From Candidatus Latescibacterota bacterium (GTDB lineage Bacteria; Latescibacterota; UBA2968; UBA8231), in contig CBDAOB010000005.1 in assembly GCA_965197905.1 (NCBI GenBank), positions 1,952,001-2,016,000 on the forward strand: a stretch of 64,000 bases of DNA, given 5' to 3'. Under the pieces are notes generated by a model. It did not search any database. It was not told the origin of the DNA and worked only from the letters and a program-made list of their open reading frames with translations. How positions within the stretch are numbered: the first letter of the stretch is position 1; every line of letters starts with the position of its first letter. This document shows positions 1 through 10,065 of this stretch, in pieces. The position numbers were made by a program, and so were the translations under genes.

Positions 1-5
1 TAAAG

Positions 6-1556
6 GTGCGATGCCTGCGGACGGAGTTGGGCGAACCGGATCCTGATGGACGGCGGCGACCGCTGCCGATTCCAGGTTCCGATCACGAAATCGAATGCGG
101 TCTGGTGATTGCTGCCGTCGGCCAACGTACCGAATGTGTCGAATTGGAACGCACCGGCTTGATGACGGGCGACCAGATTAAGGCAAACGCTGTTACAACC
201 TCTACTTCGAGCGCCAAGGTCTTTGCTACCGGCGACGGAGCGTTTGGTCCATCCACGTTGGTAAACGCGATGTACCTAGGTCATCGAACTGCCTATTACG
301 TCAAGTCCTTCTTGGAGGGCCACAGGGACCCCCTTCCTTATGCGACCCCGTACCGGACGAGGCGAGTCCCCGTTTCCCAGGATCCACGCTGGGAGATCAT
401 CAACCGCATCGACCAGCCGTTCCACGGAACTGGAAGCTCGCCGATCGATTTTCCCGAAATCGAATCCACCTACACGCCAGAACAAGCTAAGGACGAAGCA
501 GCTCGATGTTATCGGTGCGACGTGGAAAACGGCACTAGCGAGTACTCTGTCATCGCCCGTGAAGACATCTTTATCATGACCCGCACCGGCGATGCCCAAC
601 ACTCGGTGCGTGAGTCGATGCTGCAGCGTCGTCTACGCAGCGAAGAAAACCCTTTCCATCCGGAGCGACCTCCAACCCTGGACGATATCCATATTCTTCC
701 CGCGAATCTCTCGCGTCTCGTCATTGATCCGTATCGTGAAGACTGCCGCATGCGAACGATCATCGGATCGGAAATGCGACTCGAGATCCCGTTTTTAGTC
801 GGCGGATTTGACCAGGCCCCAGAACAGATCAAAAACGGACTTGGCCAGGCGCTCGCAACGAACGGGTGCGCCTATCTGGGCGAGGGGCCGCTGCTCCCAG
901 GGATACCGTGGCTTCAACTGCTGACACCTGGCAGCGATCCCCGCGACGATGCTGCCGGCATCGTCGGCAACCCGGAGCAGATCAGTGCTCGGCGACGTCC
1001 CGAAGGACAGTTGCTGGGAATGTGGGTCCACGTCGGCGACGTGCCAGCAGCCGTTGCTACGGCGCTCGAGGCGAAGTGCGATTTCTTGCTGCTGGACGCA
1101 ACATCCGGCATCTCAACCCCTTGGCCAGAACTCAGCTCGACTTCCGACCTGGAGGTCTTACGCGATGCCATCACCCTCCTTCGCAAGGCGAAGAGAGAGG
1201 AGGAGATCGACGTCCTCTATTTCGGCGGGATCCGTTCAGGAACCGACGCCGCAAAAGCCATCGCCCTGGGCAGCGAGGCGGTTGTCCTGGGCGTCGCGGT
1301 CGCCCTGGCGATGGGGGGAACGCTCACCTCCGCAGGAGAATGTCTGTTTCCAACCGCGAATGCCATCGACCAGTATGCCGAACACGCCTCGAACTTTCTC
1401 CAGGCCTGCGCCGGCGAAGCTTCGATGATGGCACGAAGTACCGGAAAGACGAAGGTGCACAGCCTCGAACCGGAAGATCTGAAAGCCATCACGATTGCTA
1501 CTGCAACCGCGGCCGGCATTCCTCTCATCGGAACCCGGTCGGCACCTTCCGATTGA
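6..1556 (+). CDS. 5'-truncated fusion: GltD-like FAD/NAD(P) oxidoreductase C-terminus + FMN-binding glutamate-synthase (GlxD-like) domain
   Basis: PIPGSDHEIECGLVIAAVGQ, VFATGD..GPSTLVNAM and EAARCYRC are GltD-like. LDDIHILPANLSRLVIDPYRE and GGIRSGTDAAKAIALG fit the Glu synthase FMN barrel. The gene probably begins upstream of the window. Confidence 0.75.
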   Translation: MRCLRTELGEPDPDGRRRPLPIPGSDHEIECGLVIAAVGQRTECVELERTGLMTGDQIKANAVTTSTSSAKVFATGDGAFGPSTLVNAMYLGHRTAYYVKSFLEGHRDPLPYATPYRTRRVPVSQDPRWEIINRIDQPFHGTGSSPIDFPEIESTYTPEQAKDEAARCYRCDVENGTSEYSVIAREDIFIMTRTGDAQHSVRESMLQRRLRSEENPFHPERPPTLDDIHILPANLSRLVIDPYREDCRMRTIIGSEMRLEIPFLVGGFDQAPEQIKNGLGQALATNGCAYLGEGPLLPGIPWLQLLTPGSDPRDDAAGIVGNPEQISARRRPEGQLLGMWVHVGDVPAAVATALEAKCDFLLLDATSGISTPWPELSSTSDLEVLRDAITLLRKAKREEEIDVLYFGGIRSGTDAAKAIALGSEAVVLGVAVALAMGGTLTSAGECLFPTANAIDQYAEHASNFLQACAGEASMMARSTGKTKVHSLEPEDLKAITIATATAAGIPLIGTRSAPSD

Positions 1557-1596
1557 AGCAACGGCCAGAGCCTCCTCCTAATCGGTTCGTCGTCGG

Positions 1597-2469
1597 CTAG
1601 GGCAACCCGTACAACCCCCCCAGACTCGCTAACAGCCATAGGAGAAGCGTCACTTGCAACGGACGGTCGGTCCATATCACGGCCGTCGGGTTGTCCCCTT
1701 CACCCTCCTGGTAAACCAGGTACAGATATCGTAGAAGCCCGTAGAGCACAAATGGAATCGTCCATTGCATTTGCCGAGAGGCCTGGACTCCCTCCCCAAC
1801 CCCCATGGCATACAACGCATAGCAGACCAGTGTCGCGGAAGTCAATATGGAGATGATCTGATCGAGGTACGGGACACTGTATTCGGCCAGTATCGATCTG
1901 GAGGTGGCGGCAACGCCAGCTTGACCCGAGAGTTCCTGGCGGCGTTTCGTCACCGCGAGAAACAGCGCCAGGGTGAAGGAACAAAGGATGAACCATGTCG
2001 ATATGTACACCTCTATGATGAGGCCGCCGCCCAGGGCGCGAAGCAGATAGCCGGAAGCCACGATCAGGACATCGAGCAATACGACCTGTTTCAACTTCCA
2101 CGAATAGAGCGCGTTCAGCACCGTGTAGATCAGTACCACCCACCCGAATTCGCGGTTGAGATACCACGCCCATGTCATGCCTATAATTGCCAGGATCACC
2201 GAGAAGATCGCGGCGCTATAAACGCTGATCCTACCTGCTGCGAGCGGCCGTTGCGACTTGGTCGGGTGTCGCCTGTCGAATTCCCGGTCCGAAATATCGT
2301 TGACCAAATAGATGGCGCTGCTGGCAAACACGAAACATGCCACTCCGGCCAGTGCGGCGCCGGCAAACGACCAGTCGAAGATATGCTTGGAAAAGATCAG
2401 CGCGGGAAGGACGAACAGATTTTTTACCCACTGCCGGGGGCGAAGCGACAGCAGGATCTGCAGGAGCAT
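1597..2469 (-). CDS. UbiA-family prenyltransferase (decaprenyl-phosphate phosphoribosyltransferase-like)
   Basis: LRPRQWVKN, YLVNDISDREFDRRHPTKSQRPLAAG and KRRQEL motifs; multiple TM helices. Confidence 0.85.
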   Translation of the reverse strand: MLLQILLSLRPRQWVKNLFVLPALIFSKHIFDWSFAGAALAGVACFVFASSAIYLVNDISDREFDRRHPTKSQRPLAAGRISVYSAAIFSVILAIIGMTWAWYLNREFGWVVLIYTVLNALYSWKLKQVVLLDVLIVASGYLLRALGGGLIIEVYISTWFILCSFTLALFLAVTKRRQELSGQAGVAATSRSILAEYSVPYLDQIISILTSATLVCYALYAMGVGEGVQASRQMQWTIPFVLYGLLRYLYLVYQEGEGDNPTAVIWTDRPLQVTLLLWLLASLGGLYGLP

Positions 2470-2551
2470 CTAGCCAACGAAGGCGCGGTGCTCAGGTGTG
2501 CGCGGCGAAGCTGGCAGTTGTCCAGAAGTGGCGTGTGCTAATGCAGCGAGG

Positions 2552-3196
2552 TCAGAAATGGGAATCCGCGTCCTCGATCGAGCGATCGCCCCCTTGTTGT
2601 TTGGCGTCATCGAGAGCTATCGCCAACTTCCGCAAGAAAGCTTCGGTCACATCCTTTACGCTGATCTCATCCCCTTCGCCACTGGGCACCCTGGAAACGA
2701 TGCCCATGCTAAGGGTTAGCGACATGGGGTTGCCCTCAACCTCGAAGCGTTGGGAGACGATCTTTGCGCGTAGCGTCAAGCTTCTTCGCTTCGCCCGATC
2801 GCGATCTGTTTTCGGCATGACGATGATGAAATTCGAACCGTCGCTGTGAACCAGTCGCTCACCCTTGTCCAGGTTCTGTTTCATGAACTCCGCGACCGCT
2901 TTAATGATCTGATCGCCCCCCTTGCGCCCGAATTTCTGGTTGACCTCTCCCAATCCATCGGGAGCCAACATGATGCACGCCAATGATTGTCCCTCCACGT
3001 TGGCGGAGCTAACTAGCTGCGGAAAGAGGGCGGTGGAGAAATAGACCTTGTTCGGCAGACCCGTAAGATCCTCAGTGCCAGCAATGCGCATCCAACGCCG
3101 GTTGCTGGCCTTGAGCCGGGAGTTCTCTTCCTTTAGCCGGGCAATCTCAGCTTCCGGCTCGCCGATATTGCCGGCACCTGTCGTTTCTTCAGCCAT
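2552..3196 (-). CDS. Coiled-coil + degenerate GGDEF-domain protein
   Basis: EDLTGLPNK, VNQKFGRKGGDQII, LTLSMGI and AKQQGGDR are present, but the signature reads SDGSNF. Confidence 0.8.
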   Translation of the reverse strand: MAEETTGAGNIGEPEAEIARLKEENSRLKASNRRWMRIAGTEDLTGLPNKVYFSTALFPQLVSSANVEGQSLACIMLAPDGLGEVNQKFGRKGGDQIIKAVAEFMKQNLDKGERLVHSDGSNFIIVMPKTDRDRAKRRSLTLRAKIVSQRFEVEGNPMSLTLSMGIVSRVPSGEGDEISVKDVTEAFLRKLAIALDDAKQQGGDRSIEDADSHF

Positions 3197-3329
3197 CGAT
3201 TTTCAGGGGTAATCGGAACCGCAGAGGGGCATGTTATGCTTGCCGCCCCAATATTTCATACATAAATTAATTTCATTCAAGACCTTCCCGCAAGTCTCAT
3301 GATTTCCCGCCGAACATTGCGAGCCCACT

Positions 3330-3815
3330 GTGCTTTCTACCGACGTCGTTCTCTTTGGTCTTCCCGCAGTAGGAGTTGTGCTCGGGGCCCTGTCAGTTCT
3401 TACTTATCTGAGGAGAAAAAAGCAACGAAGGCGAGATCTGCGGCTGGTCGCGGGCCAATCCAGATTGCTTGGTGATCAGATTTCGGAACGCTTGAGTCTG
3501 CTGGATCAGTACCAACCCGCGCTTCGGGCGGAGGCTGAGCATTCGTTGGACATGTTACAGGTCGGGCTGATCGATCGACAGGCGCATTTACTGAACTTCG
3601 AAGATCTTGCCATGTTGCAACGGTACAAACTCGAGATACAGGAGTCCACGGCGCGCGACTGTGCAGCCCAACCTTCGGTCCGGCCACCCGCACCCCCCAA
3701 GGAAAAAGAGATCCCAACTCCTCCGGTGACTCGAACAGAGCTTGAAGACCAGCTCTTGGAAAAGATCAATCAGCTCAATAGCTCACCGAAGAAACCGCGA
3801 CGACCCCGGAGATAA
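3330..3815 (+). CDS. Hypothetical protein with N-terminal membrane anchor
   Basis: Hydrophobic N-terminal helix followed by RRKKQRRR; fills the gap between the GGDEF gene and frr. Confidence 0.55.
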   Translation: MLSTDVVLFGLPAVGVVLGALSVLTYLRRKKQRRRDLRLVAGQSRLLGDQISERLSLLDQYQPALRAEAEHSLDMLQVGLIDRQAHLLNFEDLAMLQRYKLEIQESTARDCAAQPSVRPPAPPKEKEIPTPPVTRTELEDQLLEKINQLNSSPKKPRRPRR

Positions 3816-3864
3816 ATTTAAGCGGATCACGACTGGCGAAGTCCGCGGGGCTGTCGTTCCGCCC

Positions 3865-4425
3865 CTAAACCTCCATAATCTCCCTTTCCTTCGCCGCAAT
3901 AAAACCATCCACCTGCCCGATGAAATCGTCCGTGATTTTCTGTATGTCATCCTGGGCATGCCGCGCTTCGTCCTCGGAGACCTCGCCCTCTTTCTTGGCA
4001 TCCGCCAACAGATCGAGTCCGTCGCGACGTCCGTGGCGAACCGCAACCCGCCCCTCTTCAGCTCGGTGGCGGGCCACCTTGGTTATCTCCCGCCGGCGTT
4101 CCTCGGTCAGTTCCGGAATTGGAACGCGGATCACCGTACCGTCGTTGCCGGGATTCAGCCCCAGGGAGGCCTCAGAACGAATCGCCTTTTCGATGCCTGG
4201 TATCAGGTTTTGCTCCCAGGGTTTTATGAGTATCAGGCGCGGCTCGGGCACACTGAGATTGGCGACCTGATTCAGGGGCGTCTGCGTTCCATAATAGTCA
4301 ATGCGGATGCCGTCCAATAGATTGACCGACGCTCGTCCGGTTCGTATGGCCGCCAGGTCGCGTCGCAAGGCCTCCATTGAAAGCTCCATATGCTCGCGAG
4401 TTTCTGCAATAATCTCGTCAATCAT
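3865..4425 (-). CDS. frr: Ribosome recycling factor
   Basis: IRTGRAS, YYGTQTPLNQVA, PELTEERRRE and KEREIMEV; start taken at ATG 4425. Confidence 0.97.
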   Translation of the reverse strand: MIDEIIAETREHMELSMEALRRDLAAIRTGRASVNLLDGIRIDYYGTQTPLNQVANLSVPEPRLILIKPWEQNLIPGIEKAIRSEASLGLNPGNDGTVIRVPIPELTEERRREITKVARHRAEEGRVAVRHGRRDGLDLLADAKKEGEVSEDEARHAQDDIQKITDDFIGQVDGFIAAKEREIMEV

Positions 4426-4537
4426 TGCCAACCCCACTCTGAAGATCGAAGTGTTGCCAGACGCCCAAGGGATCCTGGGTCTCGCGCCAGGCGAAAGCTC
4501 GAACAGCGTCCGTTGCCGGATCGAACGCCGGGAGGCC

Positions 4538-5140
4538 TTAGTCTTCCTCTCCTAGGCGGTAACAGGCGAACCGCCGGACCGATAACTTCTCGCCTATCTT
4601 TGCGGTCATTTCGGCGATCAAGTCGGCGATCGTTTGGTCCTGATTCTTTACGAAAGATTGTTCCATCAGGCAAACCTCTTGATAGTACTTTTCCAGGCGA
4701 CCGGAGACGATCTTTTCCGCAATGTGATCCGGTTTTCCCTCGTTTTCGGCCTGTTCCGCGTAGATATCCTGTTCCTTCTGAATAACCGCGCCGTCGATTC
4801 CGCCGCGATCAACCGCGATAGGTCTCGAAGCCGCAATATGCATTGCCAGATCCTTTGAGAGCTGTTGAAAATCGTCTGTCCGCGCGACAAAATCGGTTTC
4901 GCAATTCACCTCCACGAGAACCCCCAACCGGCTGCCCGGGTGGATGTAGGATGCGACTACGCCTTCGCTGGCTTCCCGACCCGCTCGTTTCTCCACCGCG
5001 GCCATACCTTTCTTGCGCAAATACTCAACTGCTTTCTCGGAGTCCCCGTCTGTCTCCTGCAATGCCTTTTTGCAGTCCATCATTCCGAGACCGGTTCTTT
5101 CCCGCAACTCCTTCACCAGTTTCGCCGTTATTTCTGCCAT
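4538..5140 (-). CDS. tsf: Elongation factor Ts (short form)
   Basis: VKELRERTGLGMMDCKKAL and EVNCETDFVAR. Confidence 0.98.
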   Translation of the reverse strand: MAEITAKLVKELRERTGLGMMDCKKALQETDGDSEKAVEYLRKKGMAAVEKRAGREASEGVVASYIHPGSRLGVLVEVNCETDFVARTDDFQQLSKDLAMHIAASRPIAVDRGGIDGAVIQKEQDIYAEQAENEGKPDHIAEKIVSGRLEKYYQEVCLMEQSFVKNQDQTIADLIAEMTAKIGEKLSVRRFACYRLGEED

Positions 5141-5176
5141 GTCTTGATCCAGTCGTTCTTCCCGCGCCGCCGCGCC

Positions 5177-5959
5177 TTAGGTTGCCACCGCATCTTGGGG
5201 TTGTGTTTGAGCCTCGCGCCCGCCATCGACCGCTCCCTCCTCACTCGCTTCAGCAGCTTCTTTGTCTGCTGCTTCCTTGGTCGCCCGGCCTTCGATCGCA
5301 GCATCGGCAATAATTCTTGTGATGACACTGATCGAACGCAGCGCGTCATCGTTGCCCGGAATGGGACAGGTCACCGAATCGGGATCGCAGTTGGTATCGA
5401 CTATCGCCACCGAGGGCACGCCCAGCTTTTGCGCCTCTTGGACCGCGATATGTTCCTTCTTCACGTCGACGACAAAGACGAGTCCCGGCAGACCGGTTAA
5501 TTGTCGAATGCCCGAAAGCGTCTTCAATAGCCTGCCCCGCTCCTTCTCTAACAGCAGCACTTCCTTCTTTTTCAGCTTTTCGTAAGTGCCGTCAGTGGAA
5601 ATTCGATCCAGGTAATCCAGATGTCTTATGCTCTGGCGGATCGTCTGCCAGTTGGTCAACATGCCCCCTAACCAGCGTTCGGTCACGTAAAACATGCCGC
5701 TGCGCTCGGCTTCTTGGCGGACGATGTCCACGGCTTGTTTCTTGGTGCCCACGAATAAGACCGGTTTGCCCGCCCTCACCGTGTTCATTACGAACTCGTA
5801 GGCCTCCCGCAGCTTGTCGAGGGTTTTTTGCAAGTCGATGATATGGATTCCGTTTCGTTCCGTGAAGATATATGGGTCCATTTTCGGATTCCATCGGCGG
5901 GTCTGGTGACCAAAGTGAGTCCCAGCTTCAAGAAGTTCGCGAATATCGAATTCGGCCAT
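5177..5959 (-). CDS. rpsB: 30S ribosomal protein S2
   Basis: LLEAGTHFGHQTRRWNPKM, ERWLGGMLTN and IPGNDDA. Confidence 0.99.
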   Translation of the reverse strand: MAEFDIRELLEAGTHFGHQTRRWNPKMDPYIFTERNGIHIIDLQKTLDKLREAYEFVMNTVRAGKPVLFVGTKKQAVDIVRQEAERSGMFYVTERWLGGMLTNWQTIRQSIRHLDYLDRISTDGTYEKLKKKEVLLLEKERGRLLKTLSGIRQLTGLPGLVFVVDVKKEHIAVQEAQKLGVPSVAIVDTNCDPDSVTCPIPGNDDALRSISVITRIIADAAIEGRATKEAADKEAAEASEEGAVDGGREAQTQPQDAVAT

Positions 5960-6097
5960 CTAGTTCCTCTCTTCAGATATGCCAGTCTCCGCGATCCAGT
6001 TCAGATTCACCGGAGCGACAGTACTATCCAAAACGATGGTGTTGTCAGGAATATAGACGCGCCTTGCGCCCAAACCGGAAGGAAACTGTCGACTGCT

Positions 6098-6177
6098 GTT
6101 CATCCTCCGCCTCTGTCGCCTAGCCGCGGAATTCCCATGGGGAACACAACCACGGCCATCGAAAGGCGTGTGTATTT
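6098..6177 (-). ncRNA. rpsB leader (t44-like) RNA
   Basis: Minus strand reads AAUACACACGCC...stem GGCCGUGG/CCGCGGCU...AGGCGGAGGA upstream of rpsB, matching the ACACAC...GGAGG pattern of t44. Recognised by eye, not by covariance model. Confidence 0.55.
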
Positions 6178-6190
6178 ATTCGGATCGACT

Positions 6191-6583
6191 TTAGCGCTTG
6201 GAAAACTGGAAGCGCTTGCGAGCACCTGCGAGCCCGTATTTCTTGCGCTCTTTCTCTCGCGAATCCCGCGTTAGAAAACCAGATTTCTTCAGTGTTGCGC
6301 GCAAGCTCGGGTCGTATTTGACCAAAGCCCGGGCGATGCCCAGGCAAGCAGCTCCTGCTTGACCTTTGAGGCCACCGCCGTTGGTAGAAATGTGGATGTC
6401 GAACCGATCCCGGGTTTCGGTAAGCTCGAGTGGTTGAAGCATGATCATCTGCAACGCATCGCGTCGGAGATACTCATCCACCACCCGGCCGTTAATGCTG
6501 ATCGTTCCCGAACCCGGTCGCATCCTGACACGAGCCACCGCCGTTTTTCTACGGCCGGTAGAATCGTACTGTTCCTCAGCCAT
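6191..6583 (-). CDS. rpsI: 30S ribosomal protein S9
   Basis: [10 protein letters not shown] and [19 protein letters not shown]. Confidence 0.99.
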   Translation of the reverse strand: MAEEQYDSTGRRKTAVARVRMRPGSGTISINGRVVDEYLRRDALQMIMLQPLELTETRDRFDIHISTNGGGLKGQAGAACLGIARALVKYDPSLRATLKKSGFLTRDSREKERKKYGLAGARKRFQFSKR

Positions 6584-6606
6584 GGCTTATTTCCTGCGTC
6601 GACGAA

Positions 6607-7050
6607 TCAACCGAATTCCAGGGCCACGGGTTTCTGCGCCTGGTGTCGGTGTTCGGGGCCGGCATACACCCGAAGTTTCTTGAACATCTGGCGCCCCAGG
6701 GTGTTGTGGGGCAACATGCCGCGAACCGCTTTCTGCACAATTCTTTCCGGATGTTTCTCGAGCACTTCCTTGTATTCCTCGACTCGTATCCCGCCTGGAT
6801 ACCCGGTATGCCTGTAGTACCGTTTTTGTTCACTCTTCTTCCCTGTCACCCGTATCTTTTCGGCGTTTATGACTACCACGTGATCGCCCGTATCGATAAA
6901 TGGCGCATACTCCGGTTTGTGTTTTCCGCGCAAAATCCGCGCGATCTCCGTCGCCAGTCGCCCGAGCACCCTGTCGGTAGCATCGACCACGAACCAGGCG
7001 CGGTTAATCTCTTTTCCTTTGGGTGCAAAGGTCTTTTCAGGCGTCGTCAT
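6607..7050 (-). CDS. rplM: 50S ribosomal protein L13
   Basis: [25 protein letters not shown] and HQAQKP. Confidence 0.99.
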   Translation of the reverse strand: MTTPEKTFAPKGKEINRAWFVVDATDRVLGRLATEIARILRGKHKPEYAPFIDTGDHVVVINAEKIRVTGKKSEQKRYYRHTGYPGGIRVEEYKEVLEKHPERIVQKAVRGMLPHNTLGRQMFKKLRVYAGPEHRHQAQKPVALEFG

Positions 7051-7081
7051 CGATCCAACCTACGTCGAGGTAAAAAATGTG

Positions 7082-7110
7082 AAATTAAGCCCACTAGTGG
7101 GGCTTGTCAA
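7082..7110 (-). promoter_or_regulatory. sigma70-type promoter of rplM-rpsI
   Basis: TTGACA-N17-TAATTT on the minus strand. Confidence 0.6.
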
Positions 7111-7730
7111 GAACAGCGCTGCTGCCGGTTTCGTAGCAACCTTCTGAAAATCCAGACGGCGGCCGCGAATCCGCTGAGGCCGAGCAACATCCAGTTGTAG
7201 TTGCTCAGATAAACCAGAATCTGACGCCAGTTTTGGCCGACGAGGATACCTGCCCACAGTAGAAGGGCGTTCCAAAGCGCCACGCTCGCCAAGCCCCAGA
7301 CAAAAACCCGGCTGCCTTTCATCCCAGCGAGACCCGCCGAGATTGCAATGACCGAGCGTATTCCGCTGAGAAAGCGATTGGCCAAAACCAGGAGAATGCC
7401 CCACCGGGCCAACCAGGCTTCTGCTCGCTCTACACGCTCCTCGCTGAAATAACGGCGACCTGGACCTTCGAGAAGCGCGCGGCCTTTCGTTAACCCAAGG
7501 TAATACATGACCATAAAGCCAGATATGCCGCCAAAACAGTTGGCCAGGTAGACCGGCAGGAACTCCAGGCTGCCGCGGCCCACCAGATAGGCGCTAAATA
7601 CAACTACCGTGTCTCCCGGCACGGGAGGAATGACGTTTTCGAGGAATGCGCTGACGACCAGAACTCCATAGGTCCATAGCGGATTGAGTTCTGCCAGAGA
7701 GTAAACAATTTCATCTACGAACGCTTCCAT
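7107..7730 (-). CDS. DedA-family membrane protein
   Basis: LENVIPPVPGD and RFLSGIRSVIAISAG. Confidence 0.92.
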   Translation of the reverse strand: MEAFVDEIVYSLAELNPLWTYGVLVVSAFLENVIPPVPGDTVVVFSAYLVGRGSLEFLPVYLANCFGGISGFMVMYYLGLTKGRALLEGPGRRYFSEERVERAEAWLARWGILLVLANRFLSGIRSVIAISAGLAGMKGSRVFVWGLASVALWNALLLWAGILVGQNWRQILVYLSNYNWMLLGLSGFAAAVWIFRRLLRNRQQRCS

Positions 7731-7737
7731 TTTAGTA

Positions 7738-8913
7738 TTAAATCAAGAGCACAACCGACTGTGCGGCAATACCTTCGCGCCTACCGACGAATCCGAGTCC
7801 CTCAGTGGTTGTGGCTTTTACGGAAACCAATTCCCTGGGTACGTTGAGGGTCGCTGCCAGCGTTTCCTCCATGTCGGAAATATAGGCTGCAAGCTTGGGC
7901 TGCTCCGCCATGACGGTGGCATCGAGATTGGCGATTCGCAGCCCCCGTTCCACGAGGCGCTGGCGGACGCGTGCGAGCAATATAAGACTGGAAATCCCCG
8001 AGAACTTCGCATCAGTGTCTGGGAAAAGGCGACCGATATCCCCTAGGCTGGCGGCTCCAAGGAGCGCATCGATAATCGCGTGGGTCAGCACGTCTGCGTC
8101 GGAGTGACCTGCTAGACCCTCGTCCCAAGGGATATGAACCCCGCCCAACATCAGTTTCCTGCCGCCAGCGAAACGGTGAACATCATATCCGGTGCCAACT
8201 CGCAAGCCGTTGGGCATCAACGATTTATTATCCTTTTGCTGCATCGACCATTCCGCCCATTGCATGTCCGCCTGTGTAGTGATTTTGATGTTTGTGTCCT
8301 CCCCTTGGACAATCCGCACCGGGACCCCCAGTTGCTCTACCAGCATCGACTCGTCGGTGGGGATAAACAGGGGGTCAGGAATAGACCTGGCCTCGACCAG
8401 AAGCTGCCGCCGGAATCCCTGCGGGGTTTGGGCACACCAGAGGGTTTCACGATTCGGAGTTGAGATGACGAAGCTGCTATCAACGACCTTTATGGTCTCT
8501 TTCGCCGGGGTCGCGGCGATCGCGGCGCCATGGGCAACGGTTTCCATCAGAACACGTTTGATGAGATCTGCCGAAACGAACGGTCGTGCCCCATCGTGAA
8601 CGAGTATGTACTCCGCTCCCTCATCGGTGGCTTCGAGGCCGGCTGCCACCGACTGGTGCCGTTCCTCACCCGCCGCCACGATCCTCCCCAGCTTGGGGAA
8701 TTCACTTCCGAACCGCTGTTGACAATACTCTATATCTGTTTCTGGCACAACGAGTATGATGCGGTCTATAAAGGCGGATTTTGAGAACCTATCCAGGGTG
8801 TGCCAAAGCATAGATCGGCCGGCAAGAGGGACGAACTGCTTGGGCTGGGTACCCCCTGCGCGAAGGCCTTTCCCGCCGGCGGCGATAATTGCGGTTGCTG
8901 TTGGATCGCCCAT
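7738..8913 (-). CDS. ispDF: Bifunctional IspD/IspF (MEP pathway)
   Basis: AAGGKGLR, PKQF, VHDGARP and AQTPQGF (IspD); GYDVH, GHSDADVLTHAIIDALLGA and VKATTTEGLGF (IspF); start at ATG 8913. Confidence 0.96.
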   Translation of the reverse strand: MGDPTATAIIAAGGKGLRAGGTQPKQFVPLAGRSMLWHTLDRFSKSAFIDRIILVVPETDIEYCQQRFGSEFPKLGRIVAAGEERHQSVAAGLEATDEGAEYILVHDGARPFVSADLIKRVLMETVAHGAAIAATPAKETIKVVDSSFVISTPNRETLWCAQTPQGFRRQLLVEARSIPDPLFIPTDESMLVEQLGVPVRIVQGEDTNIKITTQADMQWAEWSMQQKDNKSLMPNGLRVGTGYDVHRFAGGRKLMLGGVHIPWDEGLAGHSDADVLTHAIIDALLGAASLGDIGRLFPDTDAKFSGISSLILLARVRQRLVERGLRIANLDATVMAEQPKLAAYISDMEETLAATLNVPRELVSVKATTTEGLGFVGRREGIAAQSVVLLI

Positions 8914-8918
8914 AACAG

Positions 8919-9944
8919 TCAGAGGATTAACATGGCGTCGCCATAGCTGTAGAATCTGTACTCGCTTTTCACGGCTATGTGGTATGCCTCGAGCACGCAA
9001 TGGGTGCCGGCGAATGCCGCCACCATCATCAGCAACGTTGAGCAGGGCAAGTGGAAATTAGTCACGAGGGCGTCAACCGCGCGAAAACGGTAGGGTGGAT
9101 GGATAAGCTTATCCGTCCAACCGGTGCCGCCAGATACTCGCCCCGACTCCTCCGCCCCGGTTTCCAGGACGCGGACCACGGTCGTACCTACGGCGACGAT
9201 GCGACCTCTTTCCTCTCTGCATTGGTTCAAATCGCCGGCCGTGCCTGCGTCGATCTCGAAGTATTCGGGTTCCAGCACGTGCTGTCGCGGATCCGAGACC
9301 CTTACTGGCTCGAAGCTACCTGGTCCAACGTGCAGGAGCACGGAAGCCAAATTGACCCCTGATTCCACAAGCCGCTGGAGAAGACCCTCGGTAAAATGCA
9401 GCCCGGCCGTGGGTGCCGCAATCGCCCCTGGGTCCTTGGCGTAGACCGTTTGGTAGCGGCTCTTGTCCTGTTCGTCAGGGCTTCGACGGATGTAGGGGGG
9501 CAGGGGCACTTCCCCAATCTTACAAAGGGAAGCGGCCATATCGTCACGACCGAACCTGACGATATAGCGGCCGGCATCGGTCCTTTCGAGGACCTCCCCC
9601 GAGACCTCATCGGCGAAAGAGAGTTGAGCACCGGCGATCAGTCTCTTGGCGGGACGTCCCATAGCCAACCACTCTCCGTCTCCTCGATCACGGATCAACA
9701 GGAGTTCGATCTTGCCCCCGGTGGCGATCGATCGACCCCGCAGGCGAGCTGGAATCACACGGGTTCGATTCAGCACCAGGGTATCACCCGAACTGAGAAA
9801 TTGACCGATCTCGGAAAATTGGTGATGGTCGATAGACCCGGTGGAACGGTTGACGACCATCAGCCTAGACTCGTCCCTCCCCGCTGGCGGGTACTGGGCG
9901 ATCAAACGCTCGGGCAGATCGTAGCGGAACTCATCTATGTGCAT
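8919..9944 (-). CDS. queA: SAM:tRNA ribosyltransferase-isomerase
   Basis: PLPPYI, YQTVYA, AAPTAGLHFT, TNFHLP and YRFYSYGDAM. Confidence 0.98.
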   Translation of the reverse strand: MHIDEFRYDLPERLIAQYPPAGRDESRLMVVNRSTGSIDHHQFSEIGQFLSSGDTLVLNRTRVIPARLRGRSIATGGKIELLLIRDRGDGEWLAMGRPAKRLIAGAQLSFADEVSGEVLERTDAGRYIVRFGRDDMAASLCKIGEVPLPPYIRRSPDEQDKSRYQTVYAKDPGAIAAPTAGLHFTEGLLQRLVESGVNLASVLLHVGPGSFEPVRVSDPRQHVLEPEYFEIDAGTAGDLNQCREERGRIVAVGTTVVRVLETGAEESGRVSGGTGWTDKLIHPPYRFRAVDALVTNFHLPCSTLLMMVAAFAGTHCVLEAYHIAVKSEYRFYSYGDAMLIL

Positions 9945-10001
9945 TGGGAATAAGAACTTAGATGCGGCTCAGGCAAGCGTCAAGAACAGCGCTCCAGACC
10001 T

Positions 10002-10039
10002 ACAAAAAGGACCACCCCCGGGGGGACGGTCCCTTTTGT
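10002..10039 (-). terminator. Intrinsic terminator after flagellin 1
   Basis: GC-rich hairpin followed by TTTTT on the minus strand, just past the flagellin stop. Confidence 0.75.
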
Positions 10040-10065
10040 CCTCGATACACTACGTTATGCGGATA

